A DNA stretch of 64,000 nt, taken from contig NC_083227.1 in assembly GCF_032191835.1 (NCBI RefSeq), positions 105,896,001 to 105,960,000 of the forward strand, in the 5' to 3' direction. A program made the translations under genes and the position numbers. Under the pieces are notes generated by a model that saw only the letters and a list, made by a program, of their open reading frames with translations, made no database searches and had not been told where the DNA came from. Below, piece by piece: positions 50,701-58,474 of this stretch. Each line of letters begins with the position of its first letter. Position 1 is the first letter of the stretch. The DNA comes from Heteronotia binoei (taxonomy: Eukaryota).

Positions 50701-53700
50701 AAGAACTTGTTTGCGTCAGAACACAGAGTGTTATGCTCACAAGGTTTTTAGGCCTCTGCAGCAGAGAAAGACTGATCTATAGGAGATGGATGTATTCTTT
50801 TGGCAACTGGTTTGTATACTGAGCAGTGTCTGACAGTGACATCTTTTAGAAGTGGCTTACTGGATTGAGATAGCCAGTGGCTTTCATACACCATGAAAAT
50901 AATTATATTCAGTTGGAAGTGACAGTCTTTTTCTCCTGACATGTCCTTACCTTTTGCTTTTTCTCCAGATGAAGGCAAAGTGCTGAAGGTGGGCATTGCC
51001 AGCATGAGAGGCCAAGACCCTCAGGAGATTAGCTTGGAAGAGATCAGTATTTCAAAGGTACCTTACTTGTCTGCTTTACCTTTTTGTGGCTATGGCTCAA
51101 TTGAGGAAGCCTCACTGACAAATCATGCCTGTTGAAAACAGCTGCCTTGTCTCTTGGCTCATCTTCATTTGTTAGGATGCTGTTCAATTGGTGCAGCGGA
51201 TCCTTCCCCACCTGGAATCCTGCTGTAGGGCAATAATCCCCACAATCTTCCCTTATAGCCAAGCTTGTTGACGAAGTTCCATGGGGCTCCACCCTGCTCC
51301 CCATGCCTTTCGCTCTCTCCCTAAAGCCCTTAAGACAAGTCAATTGTAGCTTTGAGGATGGCTGTCCTCAATATGCTTATGACCCCAGCTCTGTATCTCC
51401 TTATCTAAATCTCTGGTGATACAGTGGAGATCCTGAGCCACTGTCTGTCTGTCTGCAGTGGTTAAATGGCTAAGAGTGAACAAACTGAAACTGAATCCTG
51501 AGAGACAAAGGTAATGCTGGTTGAGAAGCCTGAGATCTTGAAGGACATTGTGCTTCCCACTTTTGATGGGATTCAGCTGGCTCTTGCTGACATAGTGAAG
51601 AGACTCGGAGCTATATCGGTGGAGCAGTACTGCTAGAGAAGCAAGTTAACACAGCTGTGAAAAATGCTTTCTTCCAATTCAGTTTGCCTGGAAAGTGGCT
51701 GATCTGGTCTCCTGGATCCATGCCACAGTAACATCAAGACTGGACTATTGTAATGTACTCTACAGGGGCCTGCCCTTGAAGTCAGCTTGGAAACTCCAGT
51801 TGGTATAGAATGCTGCAAGCTGGTTACTATTGGGAGCTACTCAGAGTAGGCATTACATCCATTCTGCAGTCTCTCCATTGGCTGCCCACCAGTTACCAAG
51901 CTCAGTTCAAGTGATGACTATCACATACAAGGCACTTCGCGGCCTAGGACCCTCTGATCTGCAACACCACCTCTCCTCCTACCTGCCCTGACAGTTTTGT
52001 TCATCCAAGCAGGGTCCTTCTGGGGATGCCACCCTACAGCTAGGCAAGATTACCATCTGCTTGTACACACTCTGCGTTCTGTTGTTGCCTCCATTTTCTG
52101 GTATTGTCTGCTGAGAAGACCAGGGAGACACCCATATAGGGTTGCCAATTCTGGATCAGGAAATTCTTGAAAGTTTTGAGGGTGCAGCTCAGTGGGGTAT
52201 AATGCCATAGAGTCCACCATCCAGTCAGCCATTTTTCTTCAAGGGAGCTGTAGTCTGGAGGTGAGTTATAATTCCAGGACATTTTTAGGCCCAACTGGAG
52301 GCTGGTAATCCTAACTCAATGGGCCCCCTTAATCATTTTGAAAACTGCTAAGCAGCCCTGATGTGGATAGCCCAGGCAAGCCCAATCTCATCAGATCTCC
52401 AAAGCTAAGCAGGGCTGGCCCTGGCAAGTACTTGGATGGGAGACCTCCAAGGAATACCAGGGCTGGGATGCAGAGGCAAGCCATGGCAAGATGGCTCTCT
52501 GAACATTCAAGCCCCAGTAGGGGTCACCAGAAGTCAATTATGACTTCCAGGCGCACATCCAAGATACCAAAGAAAACTGCTAAGCTATGCAAGTATTAAA
52601 ACTGTATTTAAATTAGATTTTGTTAAGCACACAAAGGTCTATGCTAAGGTACCCTTCTGGGTTTTTTGCAGATGCCTTTGGCCATTCTAGACATGCAGCT
52701 CTCTCTAAAGAGGGTAAGTCTGTATTTGTGAATTTCTCAGTAACATTTTGCTAGAGCTGTTACTTCTACAACAGGGGCAAGTCAACCTCAACACTTCGGA
52801 AGTAAAAACAAGTTAAAGTTTGAGGCTTCTGTACCATCGTGAACTTAGAAGAATTTGGCACTTCAGGTGACTTCTTAGTGGAAAGGGAAACAAAACTTGA
52901 TGTCTCTTGCTATTTTTGGTTCTGTGAGCAGCAGGAGATGTTTGTGACCACCACAAAGGGCTTAGTCCAGCTCTCCCTGTACCGCTGTGAACTCTATGGT
53001 AAAACCTGCATAGGCTGCTGTCTTGGCAGAGATCCCTACTGCACCTGGGATGGCAAGTCCTGCCGGCCCCTCCTGCATACTAAAAAAAGGTGAGGCTGTG
53101 ACCTATTCCATTAGAAAAGTGCCTTTACTCTTCCCAGTATATTCAATTCATGTGTTGGAACACTGTCTTTATATGATAATATTTCCACATTGCCGCAAAA
53201 TTAAACAGGAGGCCAGTGGCTTTTCTGAGTCAGAGCCTGCTTCATCAGATGCATGAAGTGTACATACGTAAGGCAAACAGATAGAGCTACAGACAACAGA
53301 AAGAGGAAAGGGTAGATGTTACTCCTCAAGCTCAGTTTGAAAATATCCAATCAAAAAAGTGGGAACCATTCTGATCTGTGCTATCTTAATTGGATTTGCT
53401 TTATCACATCCCACCATGTCCTTTCCTGGAGTATTTTATTTAAAAGATTTATATATGCTCTTTTCTCCAAAGCATTTCGAGTCTTAAGACTGGTGTCAGG
53501 ACGTAAGTCTACTGCTCCTTGTCCCTAGAACAATACCCTGGCATATGGGTCCTTGAGGTTAAATGCACACAGATAAAGCGCGCGCACACACACACAGAGG
53601 TTTCTTCAAAGATTTGAAAAGATATCACTACGCAGTAGTCTCTATAGCTTAGCAACAGAGAAAATAAAAAAGCTAACTGTTCTATCTAATACATGGATAA

Positions 53701-56700
53701 AGGTAAAGGTAGTCCCTTGTGCAAGCACCAGTTGTTTCTGACTCTGGGGTGATGACGTTTTCACAGCAGACTTTTTTTACGGGGTGGTTTGCCATTGCCT
53801 TCCCCAGTCATTACTTTTCCCCAGCAAGCTGGGTACTCATTTTACTGACATCGGAAGGATGGAAGGCTGAGTCAACTTTGAGCCGACTACCTGAAGCCAG
53901 CTTCCACCAGAATCAAACTCAGGTCATGAGCAGAGAGCTCGGATTGCAGTACTGCAGCTTTACCACTCTGTGCCACGGGGCATGGATACCTGGTATTAGA
54001 TGGCATATCTTTTTGCAGTACAAGAATCCAACCTGTAGTATAAGAATATTCTATATGTTGCAGTCTCTTTTCAAAGATTTAAAAAGATATCACTTCACAG
54101 TACAGTCAGCAATGAAGACCTGCAAATTTAGGGGGAGGTATTTGTGAGTTTTCTGCATTGTGCAGGGGGTTGGACTAGATGACCCTGGAGGTCCCTTCCA
54201 ACTCTGTGATTCTATGATGAAGCACATCATATCAAAGTATACTAGCGTGGCATGGGGTTCTCCTATACCTTTATTATTGCTTTTTGCCCGCTGACATCAG
54301 GTGGTCCTTTGGATCCAATCAGAAATCTCTCGATGGAACTTTCCTGAGGACTTCAATGTCTGCTCCTAATCCCTTCCTGCCATCTGATTAAACAGATGAG
54401 CACAGGTTTTTGTGATTAACCAATTACCACATGCCTGAGTCCAGCCTGGTTTGACTGGGTCAGTCACAGTGCTTGAAAGAGCTGCTCTCTCAAGAGCAGT
54501 TCTCAAGAGTTCTCTCAGCCCCATCTACCTCACAAGGTGTCTGTTGTGGGGAGCGGAAGGGAAAGACGATCGTAAACCATGCTGAGACTCCAAGTGAACA
54601 GGGTACAAATCCAATCTCTTCTCTTCTTCTTGAAAGAGATAAAGATGGTAGCTGCAGGAAGGCTCAAATCACAAACACCTACAAGCTGGACTATGTCCTG
54701 TAGTAATCACTAACTCTTGAGGGAAGTTAAGGTGCTCTGCATCACAAGCGGTAATGAGAGTTTAAAAGCAATTGAATAAAACAAAAATTAAATCAGCCAT
54801 AAAAATGTTAAATCTGGTGTTAATCCCACTTTATATATCTAACAACCATTAGGATTGCTTTTCTGTTGTTTGTAGCTAATTATAACTATATCTGCCTAGT
54901 GGGTTTATACTTCATGCATCTGATGAAATGACCGTTTCATGAAAGCTTATACTGGAATAAATGTGGTTAATCTTTAAGGTGCCACTGGATTCCTGTTTTA
55001 TTGATACATGAATGTGAATTGGATGTGTATTTTACACTGGCAGTCTGTAGCGCAGGGCCTGTTCTTCATACCTTTTAGATCAGTATGTGGGCAGCTCTCC
55101 TTGCTGCTTTTCCTACAAGGCTCTGCTCAGGTGCTTCTGTCCCAGATCCTTTCCTACCACCATTCCTGCTGGACCAGGGACATGTAGGACATTGGCCATT
55201 AGCTTTCAGTTACATCATTGGGAAACAATGATGCAGCAAGCCCAGGCTTGCTCCCTTTCATTGAATTATTACCAGATGACTGTGGGGAAAGGAGAACTCC
55301 TATGTCTCGCTGACAGGATAATGGAAGCAACTGTTTGGGTCTGTAAGCATGAGGTGGCCCCTTACATGCATTCCACTTCCCTGCCAAGTGCTGAGATGCA
55401 CTGTCCTTACATTGACATTCTTCTCCTGTTCATTCCCATCATGGTCTTGGCCCACCAGCACCCTTGAGCTAATCAGTATAGAAGAAACTGTATTGCAGAA
55501 GAGGTTGCAGAAGAAACTGGGTTTAGTCTCTGAACTGTCTTCCTTGCAGGCAAGCACAATGCCAAGATTTGTTAAAAGCCAACCCAATCAGACTATGCCA
55601 AGATCCTACAAAGGGTGAGTCATGGGACATCCACTGGGCACGACTATAAATAAACTATTTCAATGTAAGGAAAGAAAACTACATCCAGCTGGTTTAACTG
55701 GAGAAAACCTCAAAGATTATTTAAATCCAGCCCTTTGCACTGAAGGAGGTTTTAGAGCACCCAAGCTCATCCCTTGCCAGAAGTTGATACAGCTTCCTCT
55801 CTATTTCTCACAGCTGCTAGGGGTGATTAGCCCACAGAACACTGGCTTAAGTGGCGAAGACTTAAACACAGATTTGGAAAGCGACCACCTGGGAAGTGAA
55901 ATCTATCTTGTTTAAAGTGCACATTGATTTACATTGATGTTTGCAGTTGACAGGGCTATTCGTATTAATCCAGCCACAGCTATACAAAAGATGGATAAAT
56001 AGAGGTGCTCACCTGAGTTTCCATAAACACTTGTCAGCTCTGCATTTAGCCATGGATATTAATGTAAACCCCACCATTAATTCAGATCTGCAGCTTTCTG
56101 TAGCTGAGACTGAGGTTTCTTTACACAAGGCACCTGATATTACCCTAACAGGGCAGCTGCATGGGTAGGTTATGGACATCCATATCTCCTAATGATAATT
56201 TCCATATCTGCCTTGCTAAATTGCCTTCTGGCAGGAATCACCCACCTCTGTATTCTGTGCTCTCTAAACAAGGACATTTCTTCTCCTTCAAAGTAGTAAT
56301 TGTTCAAATACAATTTAACTGGTATACAAATGTATTCGGATTAATTTTCTGCTGAACATTGTGCAAAATGGTAGACATACCGTATTTTTCGCACCATAAG
56401 ATGCACTTCCCCCCCAAAAAAAGTGGGGGGGAAAGTGTGTGCGTCTTATGGAATGAAGGTATGTACCTTCCTCCGGGGGGGGGATCTGCTGCCTCCGCCT
56501 CTGATCCCGGCGCTTCCCCCGCGCCTGCCTGCCTGGCTCCAGCTCTGATGCTTACAGCAAGCGCCAGGATCGCTCCCTCCGCCCTCCGATCCCAGCGCTC
56601 GCTTTAAGCACCAGAGCTGAAGCCAGGCAGACAGGCACGGAGAAAGCACGCTGCCCCCTCCACAGCCGGCGCTCGCGAAGCGCTGGGTTTGCGGAGGGGG

Positions 56701-58474
56701 TGGGTGCTTCCTCCGTGCCTGTCTGCCTGGCTTCAGCTGATGCTTAAAGCAAGCGCTGGGATTGGAGGGCAGAGGGAGCGATCCTGGCGCTTGCTGTAAG
56801 CATCAGCTGAAGCCAGGCAGACAGGCACGGAGGAAGCACCCGCCCCCTCCGCAAACCCAGCGCTTCGCGAGCGCCGGCTGTGGAGGGGGCGGCGTGCTTC
56901 CCCCGTGCCTGCGTGCTTGGCTGGGAGACAAGCGGCGAGATCGCTCCCTCCGCCCCCATTACAAACCCAGCACTTCGCAGGGAGCGATCTCGCCGCTTGT
57001 CTCCCAGCCAGGCACGCAGGGAGACAAGCGGCGAGATCGTCTCCCCGCGCCTGCATGCCTGGCTGGGAGACAAGCGGCGAGATCGCTCCCTGCGAAGTGC
57101 TGGGTTTGCGGTGGAGGCGGAGAGAGCGATCTTGCTGCTTGTCTCCCAGCCAGGCACCTGCGTCTAATGCTCCGGAGCGTCTAATGGACCGAAAAATACG
57201 GTAACTCTTTGGGGTAGTGATACTGAAGTTCAGTGATGACAGGCAAGCAAGCAGCAGGGTTTCCCGTGTCCACCAGCAACCAAGGACAGCTACTAATGGT
57301 TTAAGAAAGGAACATACAATTCTTTCTACACAGGTGTTTAAAGTCAACAGTGCGTGGTGCAGGTGCCCACATAGCTAGAACTCAGGAAGGCATCTCATGG
57401 CCTCACTTCCTCAGAGGTGATGGGGTCAGTTTTTTGAAAATGACAGTCAGTGGTTTTCTCTTCCTTACAGGCAGGCATTGAATAAATTTGAGTCCTGACA
57501 CCAATAGTGGGAAAGGAAGTTGAAAAATTCTGATTGTTGTGTATATATATCACAAGAGTGCCCATTATCATTGGACTCTGTGAGCCAAAACTTGTGACAT
57601 CAGGGCTTAAATCCTCCACTGTAAACATTAAAAAAGCAGAGCGCAGGGTGGATTTGGATGGAGTTTTCATGGTTGAGTATATTCCAAAGGAGTTAAATGC
57701 TTTAGTTTTTTCTATCCATTCTGGCCAAACACCATGTCTCTGTTCCTTTCATGCAGGGATTTCACTAGCTGAAGAAAAGGTGATATTTGGGGTGCAGAAC
57801 AACTCAACATTTCTTGAGTGCCTTCCATCTTCCCCACAGACAACAATTCGCTGGCTTGTACAGCGCAGCAATACAGCGATCCTGGAAGAGGTAATGTGGG
57901 TGGGAAGCTAAAGGAAAGGTGTTTTTTTTTATAAACTGTGGGATTCCTGAGTAATGGAAGGAAGAAACAGCAACATTAAGAGAGGACAAGTATGAAGGAA
58001 AGGGAAACTCCTCTATCTTGTCTCTGGCTAAAGAGGCCATGGTTTTGTTCCCTGCAGGTTGGGAGCACTGGCCGCTTTTCAATCCTGGAGCAAGGACTGC
58101 TGATCAGCCAGCTGACACAGGAAGACGCTGGGATCTACCACTGTCAAGGAATGGAGCAGTCCTTTTCCCAAACTCTTATCCACTATGGCCTTCATGTAAT
58201 TGGGAATCAGGCTATGGAAGTTTTAATCTCCAGGACTAGCAAAAATACAGAAACAGCAGCAAGCCACCATAGTATCATCCCCTTGGCAGAGACGCAGCTT
58301 CCTCACAAGAGCTACTCAAGGGCTTTGGGTGCATTCAGCTCCAATTTGGATGAGTTCTGCAATGCTCTCCAGCAGAGGAGAAGGGGGAGGCAGAAAGACT
58401 GGAACCGGAAGTGGCAAAGGCATCACCAGGAAAGCAAGAGAGGAAGAGTGAGGAGGAAGCCTGGGCCTCCATAG
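29613..58474 (+). CDS. SEMA3D-like: Class 3 semaphorin, semaphorin-3D-like (17 coding exons, 771 aa; signal peptide-Sema-PSI-Ig-basic tail)
   Basis: Exons assembled by hand. All 16 introns are GT-AG with matching phases. Exon lengths 136,161,63,120,103,129,146,115,70,145,223,89,42,158,65,134,417 sum to 2316 nt, open to TAG at 58472-58474. Motifs [101 protein letters not shown] identify class 3; TLKQ.VPRL, TYDPLV.ST.DFPD and AEEKVIFG are SEMA3D-like. Paralog versus ortholog needs a phylogeny. Confidence 0.93.
30624..30827. mobile_element. Short TAGGGTTGCCA-family hAT MITE
   Basis: Degenerate TIRs; TSD TGGTAAAC/TTCTAAAC (6/8). Confidence 0.7.
31207..31425. mobile_element. Short TAGGGTTGCCA-family hAT MITE
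   Basis: TIRs; perfect TSD CACCTTCA. Confidence 0.88.
33320..33500 (-). mobile_element. tRNA-derived SINE with LINE-like tail
   Basis: Minus-strand TGGCTCAGTGGTAGAGCATCTGC...GGTTCAG head; a similar head lies at 47412-47500 (+). Confidence 0.6.
35418..35605. mobile_element. Short TAGGGTTGCCA-family MITE
   Basis: TAGGGTTGCCAA...CCAACCCTA; homologous to 31207 in reverse orientation. Confidence 0.7.
35664..36443. mobile_element. Longest (780 bp) TAGGGTTGCCAA-family hAT MITE
   Basis: TIRs; perfect TSD CTTCAAGG; contains both left-end modules seen separately in other copies. Confidence 0.9.
36755..36935 (-). mobile_element. 5S rRNA-derived SINE
   Basis: Minus-strand TTAGTACTTGGATGGGAGACTACCAAGGAA, 5S box C-like. 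Confidence 0.7.
37236..37396 (+). CDS. SEMA3D-like exon 2 (DLLRLNSS...NEEPQK)
   Basis: ttgcag|AT, AAG|gtcagt; 161 nt; [19 protein letters not shown]. Confidence 0.93.
37606..37668 (+). CDS. SEMA3D-like exon 3 ([21 protein letters not shown])
   Basis: ttccag|ATT, GAG|gtaaag; 63 nt; IxWPA..C..AGK motif. Confidence 0.93.
37820..37986. mobile_element. Short TAGGGTTGCCA-family MITE (degenerate)
   Basis: TAGGGTTACCA...TTGGCAACC. Confidence 0.65.
37999..38482 (-). mobile_element. Solo LTR
   Basis: Perfect 8-bp terminal inverted repeat TGTCAGGC...GCCTGACA; TSD GTAGG/GTAGA (4/5); minus-strand AATAAA near 38064. Confidence 0.75.
38493..38792 (+). mobile_element. Full-length Squam3 SINE
   Basis: Pol III A/B box head, CORE-like body, (CAT)n tail. 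Confidence 0.85.
38924..39381 (+). mobile_element. Solo LTR
   Basis: TGTCAAGC...GCTTGACA; perfect 5-bp TSD AAAAT; AATAAA near 39322; homologous to 17797-18321. Confidence 0.82.
39449..39614. mobile_element. CAGGGCTTTT-TIR MITE
   Basis: CAGGGCTTTT...AAAAGCCCTG; no TSD found. Confidence 0.6.
39620..39795 (-). mobile_element. Degraded 5S-derived SINE
   Basis: Minus-strand TCAGATCTCAAAAGCTAAGCAG...AAGGAATACCAGG. Confidence 0.55.
40017..40304 (-). mobile_element. Full-length Squam3 SINE with (TTC)n tail
   Basis: Reverse complement of the 38493 copy. Confidence 0.87.
40488..41357 (+). repeat. 51-bp direct repeat pair (40488-40538, 41307-41357) flanking exon 4
   Basis: GGCTAAACTACCTCAGATTCTGCTACACCTAAA(A/G)CTGTAATGTTGATGCAA, 50/51 identical. 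Confidence 0.92.
40619..40738 (+). CDS. SEMA3D-like exon 4 ([10 protein letters not shown]...KERAE)
   Basis: tgctag|ATG, GAG|gtgagt; 120 nt; ECANFIR, ACGTG. Confidence 0.95.
41953..42055 (+). CDS. SEMA3D-like exon 5 (KPGIPAMQL...[11 protein letters not shown]...LLI)
   Basis: ctgcag|AAA, G|gtaaga; 103 nt. Confidence 0.93.
42408..42485 (-). mobile_element. Sauria/Squam1 SINE 3' fragment
   Basis: GTGCAAGCACCAGTTGTTTCCAACTCTGGGGTGACG matches the 23471 and 53699 copies. Confidence 0.7.
42541..42669 (+). CDS. SEMA3D-like exon 6 ([14 protein letters not shown]...DNWLN)
   Basis: tcacag|AT, G|gtaagt; 129 nt. Confidence 0.95.
43250..43405 (+). mobile_element. L2 LINE 3' end
   Basis: TGTAAGCCGCCTTGAGCC...GGGAGAGCGGAATATAAA...(AATA)n. 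Confidence 0.65.
43960..44105 (+). CDS. SEMA3D-like exon 7 (EPVFIGA...[11 protein letters not shown]...RVARVCK)
   Basis: tcacag|AA, AAG|gtcagc; 146 nt. Confidence 0.95.
44555..44870. mobile_element. Squam3/CORE SINE fragments in opposite orientations
   Basis: Match the Squam3 3' region. Confidence 0.6.
45272..45386 (+). CDS. SEMA3D-like exon 8 ([27 protein letters not shown]...FDQL)
   Basis: tggcag|AAT, G|gtaagt; 115 nt. Confidence 0.96.
46069..46138 (+). CDS. SEMA3D-like exon 9 (EDVFLL...[11 protein letters not shown])
   Basis: ctgcag|AA, AG|gttagt; 70 nt. Confidence 0.94.
46900..47044 (+). CDS. SEMA3D-like exon 10 ([12 protein letters not shown]...PYPRPGT)
   Basis: tcctag|T, ACA|gtacgt; 145 nt. 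Confidence 0.96.
48100..48322 (+). CDS. SEMA3D-like exon 11 (CPSATYDP...VLFLGT)
   Basis: tgtcag|TGT, G|gtagag; 223 nt. Confidence 0.96.
50969..51057 (+). CDS. SEMA3D-like exon 12 (DEGKVLKV...LEEISISK)
   Basis: ctccag|AT, AAG|gtacct; 89 nt. Confidence 0.92.
51345..52060 (+). mobile_element. Degraded L2 LINE RT/3' fragment
   Basis: YAYDPSS (YADD-like), [25 protein letters not shown]...KLQLV motifs. Confidence 0.75.
52137..52313. mobile_element. Short TAGGGTTGCCA-family MITE
   Basis: TAGGGTTGCCAA...CTGGTAATCCTA. Confidence 0.7.
52364..52560 (+). mobile_element. 5S rRNA-derived SINE
   Basis: CAGATCTCCAAAGCTAAGCAGGG...AGTACTTGGATGGGAGACC...GGAATACC followed by a non-5S tail. Confidence 0.78.
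52672..52713 (+). CDS. SEMA3D-like exon 13 ([14 protein letters not shown])
   Basis: ttgcag|ATG, AGG|gtaagt; 42 nt, the short exon typical of class 3 semaphorins. Confidence 0.92.
52932..53089 (+). CDS. SEMA3D-like exon 14 (PSI domain; QEMFV...[16 protein letters not shown]...HTKK)
   Basis: gagcag|CAG, AG|gtgagg; 158 nt; tandem NAG acceptors make the exact start uncertain by +/-3 nt. Confidence 0.93.
53699..53980 (-). mobile_element. Sauria/Squam1-type SINE
   Basis: (ACCTTT)n tail and conserved body. Confidence 0.87.
54916..54952 (+). ncRNA. Minimal hammerhead ribozyme motif in a Penelope terminal fragment (54905-54995), sense strand of intron 14
   Basis: GCAU-CUGAUGA-A-AUGA-ccguu-UCAU-GAA-AGCU-U-AUAC; core intact, one mismatch in stem I. 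Confidence 0.5.
55550..55614 (+). CDS. SEMA3D-like exon 15 ([22 protein letters not shown])
   Basis: ttgcag|G, G|gtgagt; 65 nt, phase 2/1 as required; QD..K..P...C aligns to QDVKYGDPITQC of SEMA3D. Confidence 0.9.
56380..57201. mobile_element. Non-autonomous Tc1/mariner-superfamily element (Tc2/Kanga/MER104-like TIR) with CpG-rich palindromic interior
   Basis: TA|CCGTATTTTTCG...CGAAAAATACGG|TA; TA TSD. Confidence 0.88.
57757..57890 (+). CDS. SEMA3D-like exon 16 (Ig domain start; [22 protein letters not shown]...LEE)
   Basis: atgcag|GG, GAG|gtaatg; 134 nt. Confidence 0.94.
58058..58474 (+). CDS. SEMA3D-like exon 17 (Ig end and basic tail; ...DAGIYHC...DEFC...[11 protein letters not shown])
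   Basis: ctgcag|GTT; open to TAG at 58472-58474. Confidence 0.94.
   Translation, partial: VGSTGRFSILEQGLLISQLTQEDAGIYHCQGMEQSFSQTLIHYGLHVIGNQAMEVLISRTSKNTETAASHHSIIPLAETQLPHKSYSRALGAFSSNLDEFCNALQQRRRGRQKDWNRKWQRHHQESKRGRVRRKPGPP

Noticed and set aside
52364-52470. 5S rRNA gene (also at 23190, 36755, 39620, 60265)
   Set aside because: Diverged from 5S, lacks the oligo-T terminator, and continues into a shared SINE tail.
56733-57347. Cluster of 95-204 aa ORFs in intron 15
   Set aside because: A by-product of the stop-poor GC-rich palindromic interior of the Tc2-like element; the peptides are low complexity with no transposase motifs.
29613-58474. Calling the gene the true SEMA3D ortholog
   Set aside because: Divergence from recalled SEMA3D is high, the locus is compact and the furin site is missing. 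It is kept as SEMA3D-like pending phylogeny and synteny.
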